From Curvularia clavata (lineage: Eukaryota): a DNA stretch of 64,000 nucleotides. This document shows, one piece after another, positions 22,605 through 33,900 of this stretch. Under the pieces are notes generated by a model that had not been told where the DNA came from, ran no database searches, and saw only the letters and a list, made by a program, of their open reading frames with translations. A program made the translations under genes and the position numbers. The DNA lies in NCBI GenBank assembly GCA_023920165.1, contig CP089277.1, positions 2,852,001 through 2,916,000 on the forward strand, written 5' to 3'. Every line of letters starts with the position of its first letter. The stretch's first letter is position 1.

Positions 22605-25278
22605 ATGGAAGCCGCTCTTGCCGAAGCGCAAGTGACACAAGCTCAGCCCGGGAAGAAAGAGAAGCGCTTTCAATGTCCACACTGCCAGCGCGCTTTCGCA
22701 AGACTAGAGCACTTGCAGCGACATGAGCGTATCCGTAAGTTGGTCGAATCGGACCGTAAGCTTTCTCTGACCTTTTTTGAAGACAGTGGCGTGAAACCTT
22801 TCAGCTGCTCAGAATGCAATTATTCGTTCACAAGAAGGTATGAGATATTCTCTTCTCATATTCCAATGGCTTATATTGATTTGAAGCGATCTGCTTGTTC
22901 GCCATGAGCGGCTCACGCATCGCAAAGGGCAGGACAGCCAGCAAACACATTCCCAAACCCCCGTAGAGGATGTCTACACGCCTCCAGAGCCCCGCCCATA
23001 TAAGCGCATGCGGTCGAGTTTCGATGCTGGACGCCCAGTCCCAGAGATCCCCAGCATGATGTCCTCGCCTGCCGTCATGGATGTGCAGGCGTCTCAGCAC
23101 CAACCTTCCAGGTCGCATGCGTCCATGACGTTTGGCCAGCACAGCGGATACTCTTTGACAGCACTATCGATGGCTGCTGAGTATCAGGCGCTTCACGGCA
23201 ATATGGAAGATCGAGCCGCTCATGCAATGCCGACACCTATGCCTTCCCAGCCCGAGACCATCGCTGCAACAGTAGAAGATCAACATACAACGATACCAAC
23301 AGAGCCCCTAGCTCAATTTTACGGATCTGGGTCGTCCACTTCGCTGGATAATCTTGCTATGTTCCTAGATAGTGAGCCGCTGGACTCGTACCATTTTTCA
23401 TCACTTATCAACACTGAACAACCCATGCCATTCTTCTCGCCAGAGTCGCTTGGCTATGACCAACGAATGATATCTGATCCAAATAAAACAACAGCACCGA
23501 TCACTGGCTGGCGGCAAACTCAATCAGATGAGCCTCCTTCACTTTCACGCTTTGGGTCCCGGTTTCCTTCCCTGCAACCAGATGACCCTGTGCAAGAGTT
23601 TTCCACAGGCAAAAGGCCATTCGCAGATGTATCCCATGGAGACCGTCAGAAAATGGTCGAGATGCTTACACAGTTCTCTTCTATTATACCTGCTGACTTT
23701 GTTCTTCCGACACGGCTGGCTCTATGCAGATATCTTGCCGCGTATATCAACGGTTTCCACGAACACATGCCCTTCCTTCACATACCCAGCATGTCTGTGA
23801 ACAACTGTTCCATTGAGCTCCTGTTGGCATTAGCTGCAGTTGGTGCACAGTATACCTTTGAGGGCGAAAAGGGGGTAGAGCTATTCAACATAAGCAAGGC
23901 GATTGCAACGGAACGGATCAGGAGGCGCGACACACGTGTAGTGAAGCTCCAGTGCCCTTCGCCATCAAGCAGCTCGTCACCGCAAAATCTCGAAAACGGG
24001 TCCTGTTCGCGTAGTCCTGGCACCAGGGGTTCGGTCACTGGTCCGCTTGGACTGCCATCTGAAGACAACACTGTTTTTGAAGAAGATCTCATGCAGACGG
24101 CACAGGCCCTCCTATTGCTCATGGCTTTGTCTACCTGGGCCAAGCATAAAGAGATCCTGAGGGAAGCACTCGCTATTCAGAGCATCCTAGCCACTCTCGT
24201 TCGAGACGATGGGCTTGAGATTGAGCCGCTCCGCAGCGACATATCCTGGGCCGATTGGATCCGACGCGAAACCGTAAAAAGAACAAAATTCATAGTCTAC
24301 GGCTTTTCAAATTTGCATTGCATCGTATACAACATTCCGCCTTTTATGTTGACCAGCGAAGTCAAACTTCCTTTACCGTGTAGCTCAGCGGAGTTCAGAG
24401 CACCTACCGAGGCCCTGTGGAGAGAGGCTCGCAGGAAAGAAGCACCGGAAGTCCTGTTCCAGGACGCTTGGAAGCGGCTGTTCACCAAGCAAGGCCGGGA
24501 TGTTACGGAGGTGAATTCGTCTTCTGGAAACTACGCTCTTATCCACGCATTGATACAACACATCTTCTTCCTTCGTCAAGTGGCCCGCTACCGATTCGAG
24601 GGATCTGGCGATCTTAGCCCAGAAGATGTGATATCACTCGAGAATGCACTGCGAAACTGGCAGATTGGGTGGCGGCAAAACCCCGAGTCTTCACTCGATC
24701 CCATGAACGAGAACGGCCCTGTCGCTTTCAACTCAACAGCTCTGCTCCGACTGGCTTACATACGTCTGTATGTAGATACAGCAGGTCGGGCACTGGAAAC
24801 AAGAGACCCGGTCCTGATTGCGAACGCCTTTCGTGCCGGACCGGCCATCAGACGCTCTCCCAAGATCAATAGGGCAGTGCTTCACTCAGCCCATGCTCTC
24901 TCCATACCAATCAAAATCGGCTACCGGCTTGTTGCAAAGACACAATCTTTTATCTGGAGCATCCAGCACTCCCTATGCACACTTGAATGCGCGTACCTCA
25001 TGAGCAAATGGCTCGAAGCTCTTTCGACACCAAATCCCGATCCCCCCATCACCGAAGATGAGAATCGAATCGTCGCTATTGTGAAAAGTATGCTGGATGA
25101 GACGGAATTCGCACTTCCACCGGATATCATACCCAATTCGCCGAACTTTATGAGACAGCTCAGCGCGGGTGTGCTCAGAGTTTGGGCTATGATCTTCAAG
25201 GGGTCACAGACTTGGGCTATTGTGGATGTGATTGGGAGCTCATTGAATCTTTATGCTGATATGCTGGAATCAGGATGA
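22605..25278 (+). CDS. Two-C2H2-finger transcription factor with fungal-specific TF domain (Adr1/AmdX-like); exons 22605-22734, 22783-22837, 22887-25278
   Basis: CPHC...RLEHLQRHERIH-SGVKPF-SCSEC...RSDLLVRHERLTH after splicing introns 22735-22782 and 22838-22886; FHEHMPFLH, WIRRETVKRT, LPLPCS motifs. Confidence 0.92.
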
Positions 25279-25658
25279 GTGAGAGTATGGTGTTGGCAAT
25301 TTCAAAGCAAGGAGGAGGAGGATGCTGCTACTTCATGATTTCCTGCCACAGAGTGTGAGCTCGTCAGGTGTTGCTACGACTCTCATTTCCACGATTGAAA
25401 AGGGCAAAATATCCACATCTCACTTTCACGTCCCGAGATCTCATCAGTCTCAGGGCGGATGACAGCCGGCTTGCCCGCCGTTGCACGATAGACCTGTTGA
25501 TGAGCAGAAACACGGTGTCTCCCACAGAGCTCTAGGATTGTGGCAGAATAGGTACTGCTTATGAAAAAATTGAGAAAGCATGACGTGAGTCCATTTGCGC
25601 TTCCTCAACGCTAGAAATGCGATGCGCACTATATACCGTTTCACGCAGTGATACTCGG

Positions 25659-25744
25659 GAGTGAGTGAGTGAGTGAGTGAGTGAGTGAGTGAGTGAGTGA
25701 GTGAGTGAGTGAGTGAGTGAGTGAGTGAGAGAGAGAGAGAGAGA
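25659..25744. repeat. Compound microsatellite (GAGT)17 followed by (GA)n
   Basis: Read directly. Confidence 0.97.
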
Positions 25745-26119
25745 AAGAAAGTATGGTGTCTAGATGCTATCAAGTGCAAAGACTCGATGTAAGCTTTTCG
25801 TGTAGCAAGTACACAAGCAAGCATAAGAGAACTTCAATGCAGTTGAAAAGCGGAGAACCAACAACAGTGTCAAGTCTTCATCTTGGGCAGTCGAAATTGG
25901 CTTTCAACCCATAACAAATATGCACACGTACATATTGAAGCGATATTGCTCTTTTTTGTCTCTTTTCTCTCTGCTAATCTGCTCTGTCTGTCCGGCGGTG
26001 CGGAGGGGGTATACCATAGATCCCGGATGTAAAAACACATCTCCTCATTTCACGTCATTCAGCTCTACTACATATGCAGTGTGCTTTTCTGTTTCTATTT
26101 CTCTTCTTCTTCGCTTAAA

Positions 26120-28993
26120 TTATGCACTTTCCTGCGACTTCTTCAACTGGTCCAACTTCTCGATTTGCCTCTTGAGCATAACCAGAGCACCCAGACTGAT
26201 CTTGCGCAGACCATCGCGCTCTCCCTCTTGGTTTGCATCTTCACTGCGCTCTACGATATCTTTGGCAGCGGCAATCGCCTTGTCGAGCAACTTTGGTGCG
26301 TCCTCCTCTTGACTAAGATACAGATACTCCAGTTCCTGCTTGAAAGGCTCCACTTCATGAGTTAGCGCATGATGTATGAAAGCTCTAGCGCGGAAGTACG
26401 CCCGCTCCGTATACAGTGCACTGTTGAGCTTGGTCTCTGGTGTTGAGCGATGGACATCATATCCCGCTTCGTTGTAGTACGGCTCCTTTACCAGAACAAG
26501 GCCCATGAGCGAAACCAGAACCTGCAGCAGTGTACTCTTCGCAGGGCTCCAACTTTCGTTTCTCTCGTCTGTGTGCCATGTTCCCAGCAGACTTAAGCAA
26601 ATCTTTCCGTCCTCATACAGATTGGGATTGACTGGTCCGTTACCATTGGTCCAGCTGTGGAAAAATGCTTCAGGCGCTTGTTGTGGGTATGAAGAGCCAA
26701 GGCGAAAGTCGATGACAAATGGAGCAAACTCATAGGGCGTGTCGTTGGGACCAATCATGAGCACGCGCAAGAGATCCAGGCGTGACTCCCAGGTGCGGAC
26801 GTAGATTCCAGGCGGTAACGAGCTGCGTAGAATCTTGTGCTCTTTCGCGATACGACGCATAAAGGCAGAGGATGTTGCCGAGGGTTGGGATATGTATCGA
26901 TGTGACGATGGCGGAGGTGTATCGAGAATCACAAAGGACGCTGGTCCTTTTGTGGCAAACTCTGTATTTTCCTGGTCCATCGGTGTATGCTGCTCTGGCT
27001 GTGAGTCCGCTTTTTCCGCTTTTGTCGAAGGTGACTTGAATTCAGGCGTAGTCTTGGTGGTGTCTACGCCTTCCTTTGTAGTATCAGTAACGTCTGGCAT
27101 TGACTCATCATCCCCGTTCACATCATCATCGTCCTCGTCGTCTTCTTCCTCAGTTGACCAGTCACTCTCATCCCCGACGGGCGGCTCTCCTTCCATACCC
27201 TCATATTCAATCCACATCTCGTTGAAGGATGCCGAGTCAAAGTCGTCAGAATCGTCATCTTCGTCCGAGGCTGCAAGGTATTCACTACCCATGTCCCCAA
27301 AGTTGACGATATCATCATCCATGTCACTGCTGTAAGCAAGCTGGGCACACTCATAAGGGACTTTGACATCAACTACCGGCTTGGCTGCGCCAAGACGAAC
27401 AGTTAGCTTTCCGTCCAAGCCTAGATCTATGACCTCGCCAAACCAATTGGGACCAGTAACATTGAGCGATGTTTGAGCTCCTTCAATGTTTTCCGGATTC
27501 AGGATGACGAAATCACCACGCCGTCGTGTAAGCGCTTGTAAAGAGTAGATGTCATATAGACTGACGTCTTCAATGGCCTCGTTAAGCTCGCCCGTAGTGC
27601 ATGGCGGAAGCAGATCGTTGTGAAAGAACTCTACCCAAGGATCTTTGAACCATCGCACAGTTGCTATTCGATCTCGGCCTTTGACAGTTTGAACAATTCC
27701 CACTTTGGCAGGCTTTTTCGTCTCCGCGTCTTGGGCATCCTTCTCCTCACGGACCTCTTTTGAGAAGATCAGCTCTCCTGGCCATACTTCATCATCGTCC
27801 TCGACATTGGGGTCTGGCAACAGAGCAGAGCTGGGATCATTTGTTATTGATAGGTCCTGCCATTGCACAGTGACTTGGCTATGAGTATGCGTGACGAGGT
27901 AAACATTGAGATCGTATCCTAGAGAGTCTGTTCGCGGTACCCGTACCACCTTGCCTTGAGGAGAGCCACTGGGCAGTGTATGGGTGCCGTCATACTTTAC
28001 CGCGGCGCCAGCAATATCCTTAAAGCGAACGCGGTCGCCCACAGCCACGTCAGCGACATGGTATGATTTGTCAACGCCATTCTCAGACAAAGGCAGCGTG
28101 GTAGCAGTGCTGCCTGATGCATCATACTTGTAGAAGCTGTGGCTCTCGAACTCGTCGCGACCAAGGGTGACGGGGGGTTCTTCGAGGCTGAACGCGCGGT
28201 TACGGGAACCGATGCTTCGGGCAAGCCACTGCACGTCGATTTCAGTGGCTCTTGTCTCGACCACCATGCCCATGGGAGGCACGCTGGGGTCGTATGCGCC
28301 AAAGCGCCAACGGCCTCTCCGCAGATTTCCCTTTTTTGTCTTGACCATGTCCCCCACACTGAGCCGGTCGATAACCGTACCATCTTGGATCAGCTCGGCA
28401 GGATCCTCGACCACAACGACTGAGTTGTTAGCAAGTTTGATGGTGACCTCCTCGTATACATTTTCCACACGCCCAACCCAGTCGCCGTAGACGACGATAG
28501 CACCCTCGACAAACTCGTGAACGTTGATCAGCTCATCAGCGGGAACATTGCGCACTGAATGGTCGTCGCTAACGTTCTGGGCAATCTGACCGTAGTTGAA
28601 GAGGGTGGCTGGGAAGAGGGTGCAGACTGCCTGGGTACCGATGACAGTGCCACTCATGTGGTCCTCGGCCTTGCGCTTGACGACATCGCCTACATACAGG
28701 GCGCGGTCCAACAGCTGCAACTTGGCCTCTGGAATCAGTTCCGTCTTATACTGTGTCTGCCACGAGACCAGCACGGTGCCCCGCGGGGGAATGCCGTCCT
28801 TCATGAACTTGGTGAACTGTTGCAAGGGGACGTCTGGATGGCGCTCGATATCGTCGGGGTAGTCGCGCTGGGGGCGGGGCTCGTGGGAGTCGACGTCGCC
28901 AAAGGAGCGCTCTACGATGCCGACGCCATATTTGTCGTCGATGAGCCCGACCGTGTCCTCGACGCAGAAGACGACATTCTGGGCGCTTTGCAT
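26120..28993 (-). CDS. UBE2O-like large ubiquitin-conjugating enzyme (E2/E3 hybrid), ~957 aa
   Basis: C-terminal UBC domain GPNDTPY...[18 protein letters not shown]...EPYYNEAG; long N-terminal region with an acidic tract. First ATG is at 28993 (the ORF track starts at an upstream GTG). Confidence 0.9.
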   Translation of the reverse strand: MQSAQNVVFCVEDTVGLIDDKYGVGIVERSFGDVDSHEPRPQRDYPDDIERHPDVPLQQFTKFMKDGIPPRGTVLVSWQTQYKTELIPEAKLQLLDRALYVGDVVKRKAEDHMSGTVIGTQAVCTLFPATLFNYGQIAQNVSDDHSVRNVPADELINVHEFVEGAIVVYGDWVGRVENVYEEVTIKLANNSVVVVEDPAELIQDGTVIDRLSVGDMVKTKKGNLRRGRWRFGAYDPSVPPMGMVVETRATEIDVQWLARSIGSRNRAFSLEEPPVTLGRDEFESHSFYKYDASGSTATTLPLSENGVDKSYHVADVAVGDRVRFKDIAGAAVKYDGTHTLPSGSPQGKVVRVPRTDSLGYDLNVYLVTHTHSQVTVQWQDLSITNDPSSALLPDPNVEDDDEVWPGELIFSKEVREEKDAQDAETKKPAKVGIVQTVKGRDRIATVRWFKDPWVEFFHNDLLPPCTTGELNEAIEDVSLYDIYSLQALTRRRGDFVILNPENIEGAQTSLNVTGPNWFGEVIDLGLDGKLTVRLGAAKPVVDVKVPYECAQLAYSSDMDDDIVNFGDMGSEYLAASDEDDDSDDFDSASFNEMWIEYEGMEGEPPVGDESDWSTEEEDDEDDDDVNGDDESMPDVTDTTKEGVDTTKTTPEFKSPSTKAEKADSQPEQHTPMDQENTEFATKGPASFVILDTPPPSSHRYISQPSATSSAFMRRIAKEHKILRSSLPPGIYVRTWESRLDLLRVLMIGPNDTPYEFAPFVIDFRLGSSYPQQAPEAFFHSWTNGNGPVNPNLYEDGKICLSLLGTWHTDERNESWSPAKSTLLQVLVSLMGLVLVKEPYYNEAGYDVHRSTPETKLNSALYTERAYFRARAFIHHALTHEVEPFKQELEYLYLSQEEDAPKLLDKAIAAAKDIVERSEDANQEGERDGLRKISLGALVMLKRQIEKLDQLKKSQESA

Positions 28994-29448
28994 TTGGGGG
29001 AGCGAGAGGCGAGGCGGCGAGTGAGCAGCTGGTTCTGCACTGGCCCTTGGGGGTTGGGATGGTGGAGGGAACAAACTGGCGGCGCTGAAGACGGGCACGA
29101 GATTGTTCGGCGGTATCTGAAATGCGGCGAAATGGGTGGGGCCTGGTCGCCGGCAAGGCTGCCGCAGTTGAGGAACCGGTCCTGGAACAGATGGTAGAGA
29201 AAGCGCTCGACAATGCCGGATTGTTGCTGGTCGTTGGCGTCGTGGGTGGGGATGTCAGAATTACAAGTGTGCGAGCGGCGGTCCATGGTCGAGCCGGCCC
29301 AGGCAAAAGGCCCGCATCGCATGTGAAGTTGTGCTAGGCGTGACAGTAGGCAGGGGTGCCCGCTGCACGTCACCGCCCGCCGCTGATACTGGTCTCGAGA
29401 CTGATACTTGCTCCTCCACGACACATTGTGCCAGGGGAAGACAGCAAA

Positions 29449-30897
29449 ATGGCTGATGCCCTATACGAGCTGCTCGCCCCGTACTTCGACGCCCGCCCGC
29501 CGCCTAATGACGCCGTCACCAATGCATACCTCGCCCGCCTCACCACGCTGCCCTTAGCAGATCTCACCTCGTCGGAGCAACAGTCGCTTTCCCAGAACTC
29601 ACAGTCCGTCCTACGCTCCCTGCAAGCCCTCTCAAAAAGATCCCACAAGCAAATCATATCCTCGGCGGACCACCTGCTACACCTCCGAGACACGCTCCCG
29701 CATATAGGCCACGATGCATCAACCGTCCACGACGAGCTCCCGAAACTGGAGACGGCAGCCCAGCACTTCTCGGACAAGTACAGCAGAGGGGCAGAGAACG
29801 CCATCCTAGACCGCCGGAGAAAGGCCATGCTGCTGTCGCGGAACATTGACCGCGTATCGGATGTACTCGACCTCCCGACTCTCCTCTCGTCGGCCATAAG
29901 TTCCTCGACAGCCGCCGCTCAAGCGACCTCGTCCACAGCCACAGCCAACGCCAACTATGCCTCGGCCCTGGATCTCCATGCTCACATCAAGCGCCTGCAT
30001 ACCCTCTACCCCAACTCGCCTCTCGTTTCCTCGCTCACAGCCCAGGCCGAGCAGGAGATGAAGACCATGACCACCAATCTCATCAGCTCCCTCCAGACAC
30101 AGGGAATCAAGCTAGCCGGCGCAATGCGAACAATTGGCTGGCTCCGTCGCGTTGCTCCCGAATTAGACGAATTGTGGTCCACCAAGAATGCCGCTATTGG
30201 CAGCGGCGAGGGCACACTGGGCGCCCTCTTCCTTGTATGTAGGCTAGTATGCCTCGAGTCCATGCTCGAAGCCCTATCCCCTCTCCGCGACCTCGCAGAC
30301 CAAGAAACCTCGAAGCGTATAAACAAGCCAGCCAAAGCCACTGATAACGGTTGGGCAGCTGGCCAGCAAACGGAAAAGTACCTGAAAAAGTACCTAGAAG
30401 TGTTCCGCGAACAAAGCTTCGCCATAATATCCATGTACAAAAGCATCTTTCCTTCTGCCCTCCCCGCACCAGGATCCGAAGACGCGGCTGCGCCGGCCGT
30501 GAAGCCCGCCGACTCGTCGAATCCTCTTCAGCCTATCCCTTCTGCTCTAGCTACTTTTCCTCTGCACCTTGTAGAAATGCTGTTCGACACGCTACGCGAG
30601 TATCTTCCCAACGTGCAGGATCGCTCCGCGAGAGACTCGCTGCTCACACAAGTTCTCTACTGCGCTGGATCGCTAGGCAGACTCGGTGCTGACTTTAGCA
30701 TCATGATTGCCCTGCTTGAAGAGGACTTGCGCGCTGAGCTCGACGAGAGCACAGAGGACGAGTCTGTGGAAGAAGAGTGGGTTGATGTTATGAAGAAGCA
30801 TCGCGTTCAAGCTTCCAGATTAGAGTTGTTGGCGTCGGGTGTGGGCACGGCCAGGGCGGCCAGTCCGGTAGATAGAGTAACCAGTCCAGCAAGATAG
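29449..30897 (+). CDS. COG8: Conserved oligomeric Golgi complex subunit 8 (Dor1 family), ~482 aa
   Basis: VLDLPTLL, YASALDL, MRTIGWLRR, YLKKYLEVFREQSFAIISMY, QVLYCAGSLGRLGADF. Confidence 0.9.
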   Translation: MADALYELLAPYFDARPPPNDAVTNAYLARLTTLPLADLTSSEQQSLSQNSQSVLRSLQALSKRSHKQIISSADHLLHLRDTLPHIGHDASTVHDELPKLETAAQHFSDKYSRGAENAILDRRRKAMLLSRNIDRVSDVLDLPTLLSSAISSSTAAAQATSSTATANANYASALDLHAHIKRLHTLYPNSPLVSSLTAQAEQEMKTMTTNLISSLQTQGIKLAGAMRTIGWLRRVAPELDELWSTKNAAIGSGEGTLGALFLVCRLVCLESMLEALSPLRDLADQETSKRINKPAKATDNGWAAGQQTEKYLKKYLEVFREQSFAIISMYKSIFPSALPAPGSEDAAAPAVKPADSSNPLQPIPSALATFPLHLVEMLFDTLREYLPNVQDRSARDSLLTQVLYCAGSLGRLGADFSIMIALLEEDLRAELDESTEDESVEEEWVDVMKKHRVQASRLELLASGVGTARAASPVDRVTSPAR

Positions 30898-31310
30898 ACT
30901 GGTTGGCTCGACTGTAATACTAGCGCGGTGAATGATACCCATTACTAAATATCTTTTTTTTTTCTACTAGATCGTGTTTCGAATGGATGAAAAGGCTCCA
31001 AAAAATGTCACGTGGTAAGTGATGGCATGGTCAGAAACTCATGTAGAGTTCTCCCATGCATAGGGGCCGAAATCCAATTGCAGCAACCAATCATTCTTCG
31101 TAACTTCAGATGAGAAAATCACCACTGCAGCAGCAACAACTCTTTTCCAGATGTAACATTTTACAAATTAAGGAGCGTAATCATAAATCTAGTCGTAATG
31201 CCATCCATCAATCATAAATCCATCACTTCAGTCATAAAACCCCATATGCTCTATTTTTTTCTTCCTCCTTTTTCTCCGCCTCATAATCACCTTCCGTCTA
31301 GAAGAGCACT

Positions 31311-31745
31311 CTAGCACTTGACATAGATACTCTTGAAGGAAGTCTTAAGCGCACTGCACACACCCGGTGTCTTGAGCGCCAGCGAGCCCGTAGCCTTGCA
31401 CTTGTCATCGGCATAGACAGTAACTATTCACACACACACACACACACTCGTTAGCCAAATCCACTCACTCAAACAGTCAAATGTAGTAAGAAAGAAGAAG
31501 AAAGACATACCAGTGCACCCCTTGTTGGCATAGTTCAGGCTGACACTCGCCAGACAGCTGTCTTGAATAACATTGCATCCGGGAACCAAATCGCCCGAGC
31601 CAGCAATGTTGCAGATGGTGCCTGTGCAGCCGGCGCCGGCGTAGCGGTCCACCGAGGCAACGACATTGGGAGGGGTCTGGCGGGTGGAGATGGGGGAGGC
31701 GCTGACGAGGCTGAGAGAAGCGGTGATGAGGGCGAGGGCGTACAT
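31311..31745 (-). CDS. Small secreted cysteine-rich protein (115 aa, 8 Cys), effector candidate; exons 31745-31511, 31423-31311
   Basis: Signal peptide MYALALITASLSLVSA, propeptide SPISTR; intron 31510-31424 (GTATGT...CTAAC...TAG) joins to VTVYADDKC...IYVKC*. Confidence 0.85.
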
Positions 31746-33900
31746 GTTGGCTATTGTAGTGTTTGGAGGTTGGTTTGTTGGAGGTAGTGGAAGTGATGAA
31801 ATATCAGATATGTCGATGAGGAAGTAAAAAGGCTTGATGAGTTGTGATATCGAAAGTTGTACAGCGTAGGGAGTACATTTATACTTTTTCTTCCTCTTCA
31901 ACCCCCAACTGCTAAACTGGGTAAAAAACAAGCTCTCGTCCTTGGCCGTGAGACTAAGCACGGCATAAGCACTTGGATCGGGATAATCTTGCAGGACGGG
32001 ATCCCATTCTCTTCCCATTCCTTCCACAACTTTACCCTATCGTGCGTTACGTTGACGGTACTGGTGGAAGCACTCGGATGCAGAAATCTTGCTTTGCCCC
32101 CACGTTACACGCTCTGCATGCAATCCAACAAACCACATACTTGGTTTGCTGTCAGCATATGCTCCGATTTGGGTCGCTTACCCGTATTCCAATAGTAGGA
32201 TGCGGCTGACTGTTACGTTTTACCCGCTATCATAGCTTTTTTTACACTTGATCCTGCATGGGAAAGCGGAAATGGCGGAGTGAGTGAAAAACGGTAAATG
32301 GCTCAGTGACTGGTCGAGCACAGATTCAGAGAGCATACAGTTCCCGTGCTAGCTAGCTTGTGACATTCCCATTGAATAACTCCTCACTCTAGGACATTGA
32401 CGGGATCTGAGCATGTTCGACCGCGAGGACAATCCCTGCTCGGAGTTCTTCTCCCCCAGCGTAGTGACATTTTTTAAAGTTTGACGGGTATCCGTACCAC
32501 TTCCGAAGTTGGAAAACTCAATAGCCGAACCTCCCTATTTCTAAATGATACCGAAGGTTCCGAAAGTAAATCTCAATAGCTCTTACTGCGCTCCGAATGC
32601 CGTGTAGGCTAGTCGCCGAATCTTTTTTTTCATGTGGGCCTTAGGATCCGACGGATTCTTGCTGCGCTGACCCTACATGTAGCGGAGATTCCTACCGAGG
32701 TCCCGGTCTGCTATTCAGAAGTTGCGGTCAGTGCAATCGATGTAGTTTGAACAGAACTAGCAGTATCTTCCTTCCTTTCTGAATCACAAGTACATATTCT
32801 CGACCAAAGCCTGGATGGCGCGCCGTACTAGCGAATTTTCGTTCAAAGCTCATGACAGTCTCGAGGGTACAGCATCACGCTATACTGACGCAACTGTCAA
32901 CAGCTGCTCTTAGCAATTGCCTGTTTGTACAATTGGCTGTGGAATCAATTGTGATACGTTATGCTCCAAATGGTAAGGCCTCAAAACTAGCTGAAGAAAA
33001 AAAAACCAGTACTACGGGTACCGAGTGATCCTTTGGCTGATACTTGCGTTGGCCGGTGGTCCATCGTCAGCTTGAAGGATTCAACCTCCGATTGTGTATT
33101 GTAGTCCGGCCCGACCTTGCAGTAGCTCTTTGCACATGAAGTAGGACATTCGATGGATCTAGTAACCTACTAGTAGGCTTATAGAATAGGCTTGTGGGCT
33201 TTTGTTTCCGCAGGGGTAGCTATTTTAGCCTATAGATAAGTATAAGGGTCTAGATCGTGGCTTGCAAGCAGCTCTATGGTTAGTTGTTAAATTTAGGCTG
33301 GCACAGACGTATATCGATAACTAGTACTGCTGTCAATCGCCTATTGCAGAAGTTAGAGCACCTGTTAGCTATCGGGCTATCACCGTATACGCTTAGCATC
33401 TTAGCAATCTTACCGTGAACTGGGTTTCCGGTTACTAAAGTATGCGGGCCGCTCCTCATCCGCAGCACCTACCTGTAGCTGACTGTGTCATCGAGATGCA
33501 GTATGCATGCCACCAACACCAACACCTGATCATCCCCTTTGTCACAAGCACGTTGTCTCAAAGCAGTACTAGATTGGCGGCGATTGAAAACATTTGCTCT
33601 CGAGTTTGTAGCCTGATGACCGGGTAAATCGACAGCTCGCGTAACCGATGTGCATGCGACGCAGGTGCCCGCCAGCGTAGCCGCACGGATGCAAGCCCAC
33701 TTGGATTGTGGATAATCATTAGATACAAATTTTTTTCTCTCGTTCTATGGCAGATATAAAACGACTGGGAGCCAATTGTCTTCCAAATCGCTCCAGGAGA
33801 TAAATATGTGCAGCAGTTGTACTTGATGTGTATTCGATCTCTTCTCAGCATGAGTAACTTATCTAATATGTTTAGACGGGAGGTTCTGTTCCAGATACGG

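Noticed and set aside
28994..29098. 35-aa N-terminal extension of the UBE2O-like ORF
   Set aside because: Starts at GTG; first ATG is at 28993 and nothing supports non-AUG initiation.
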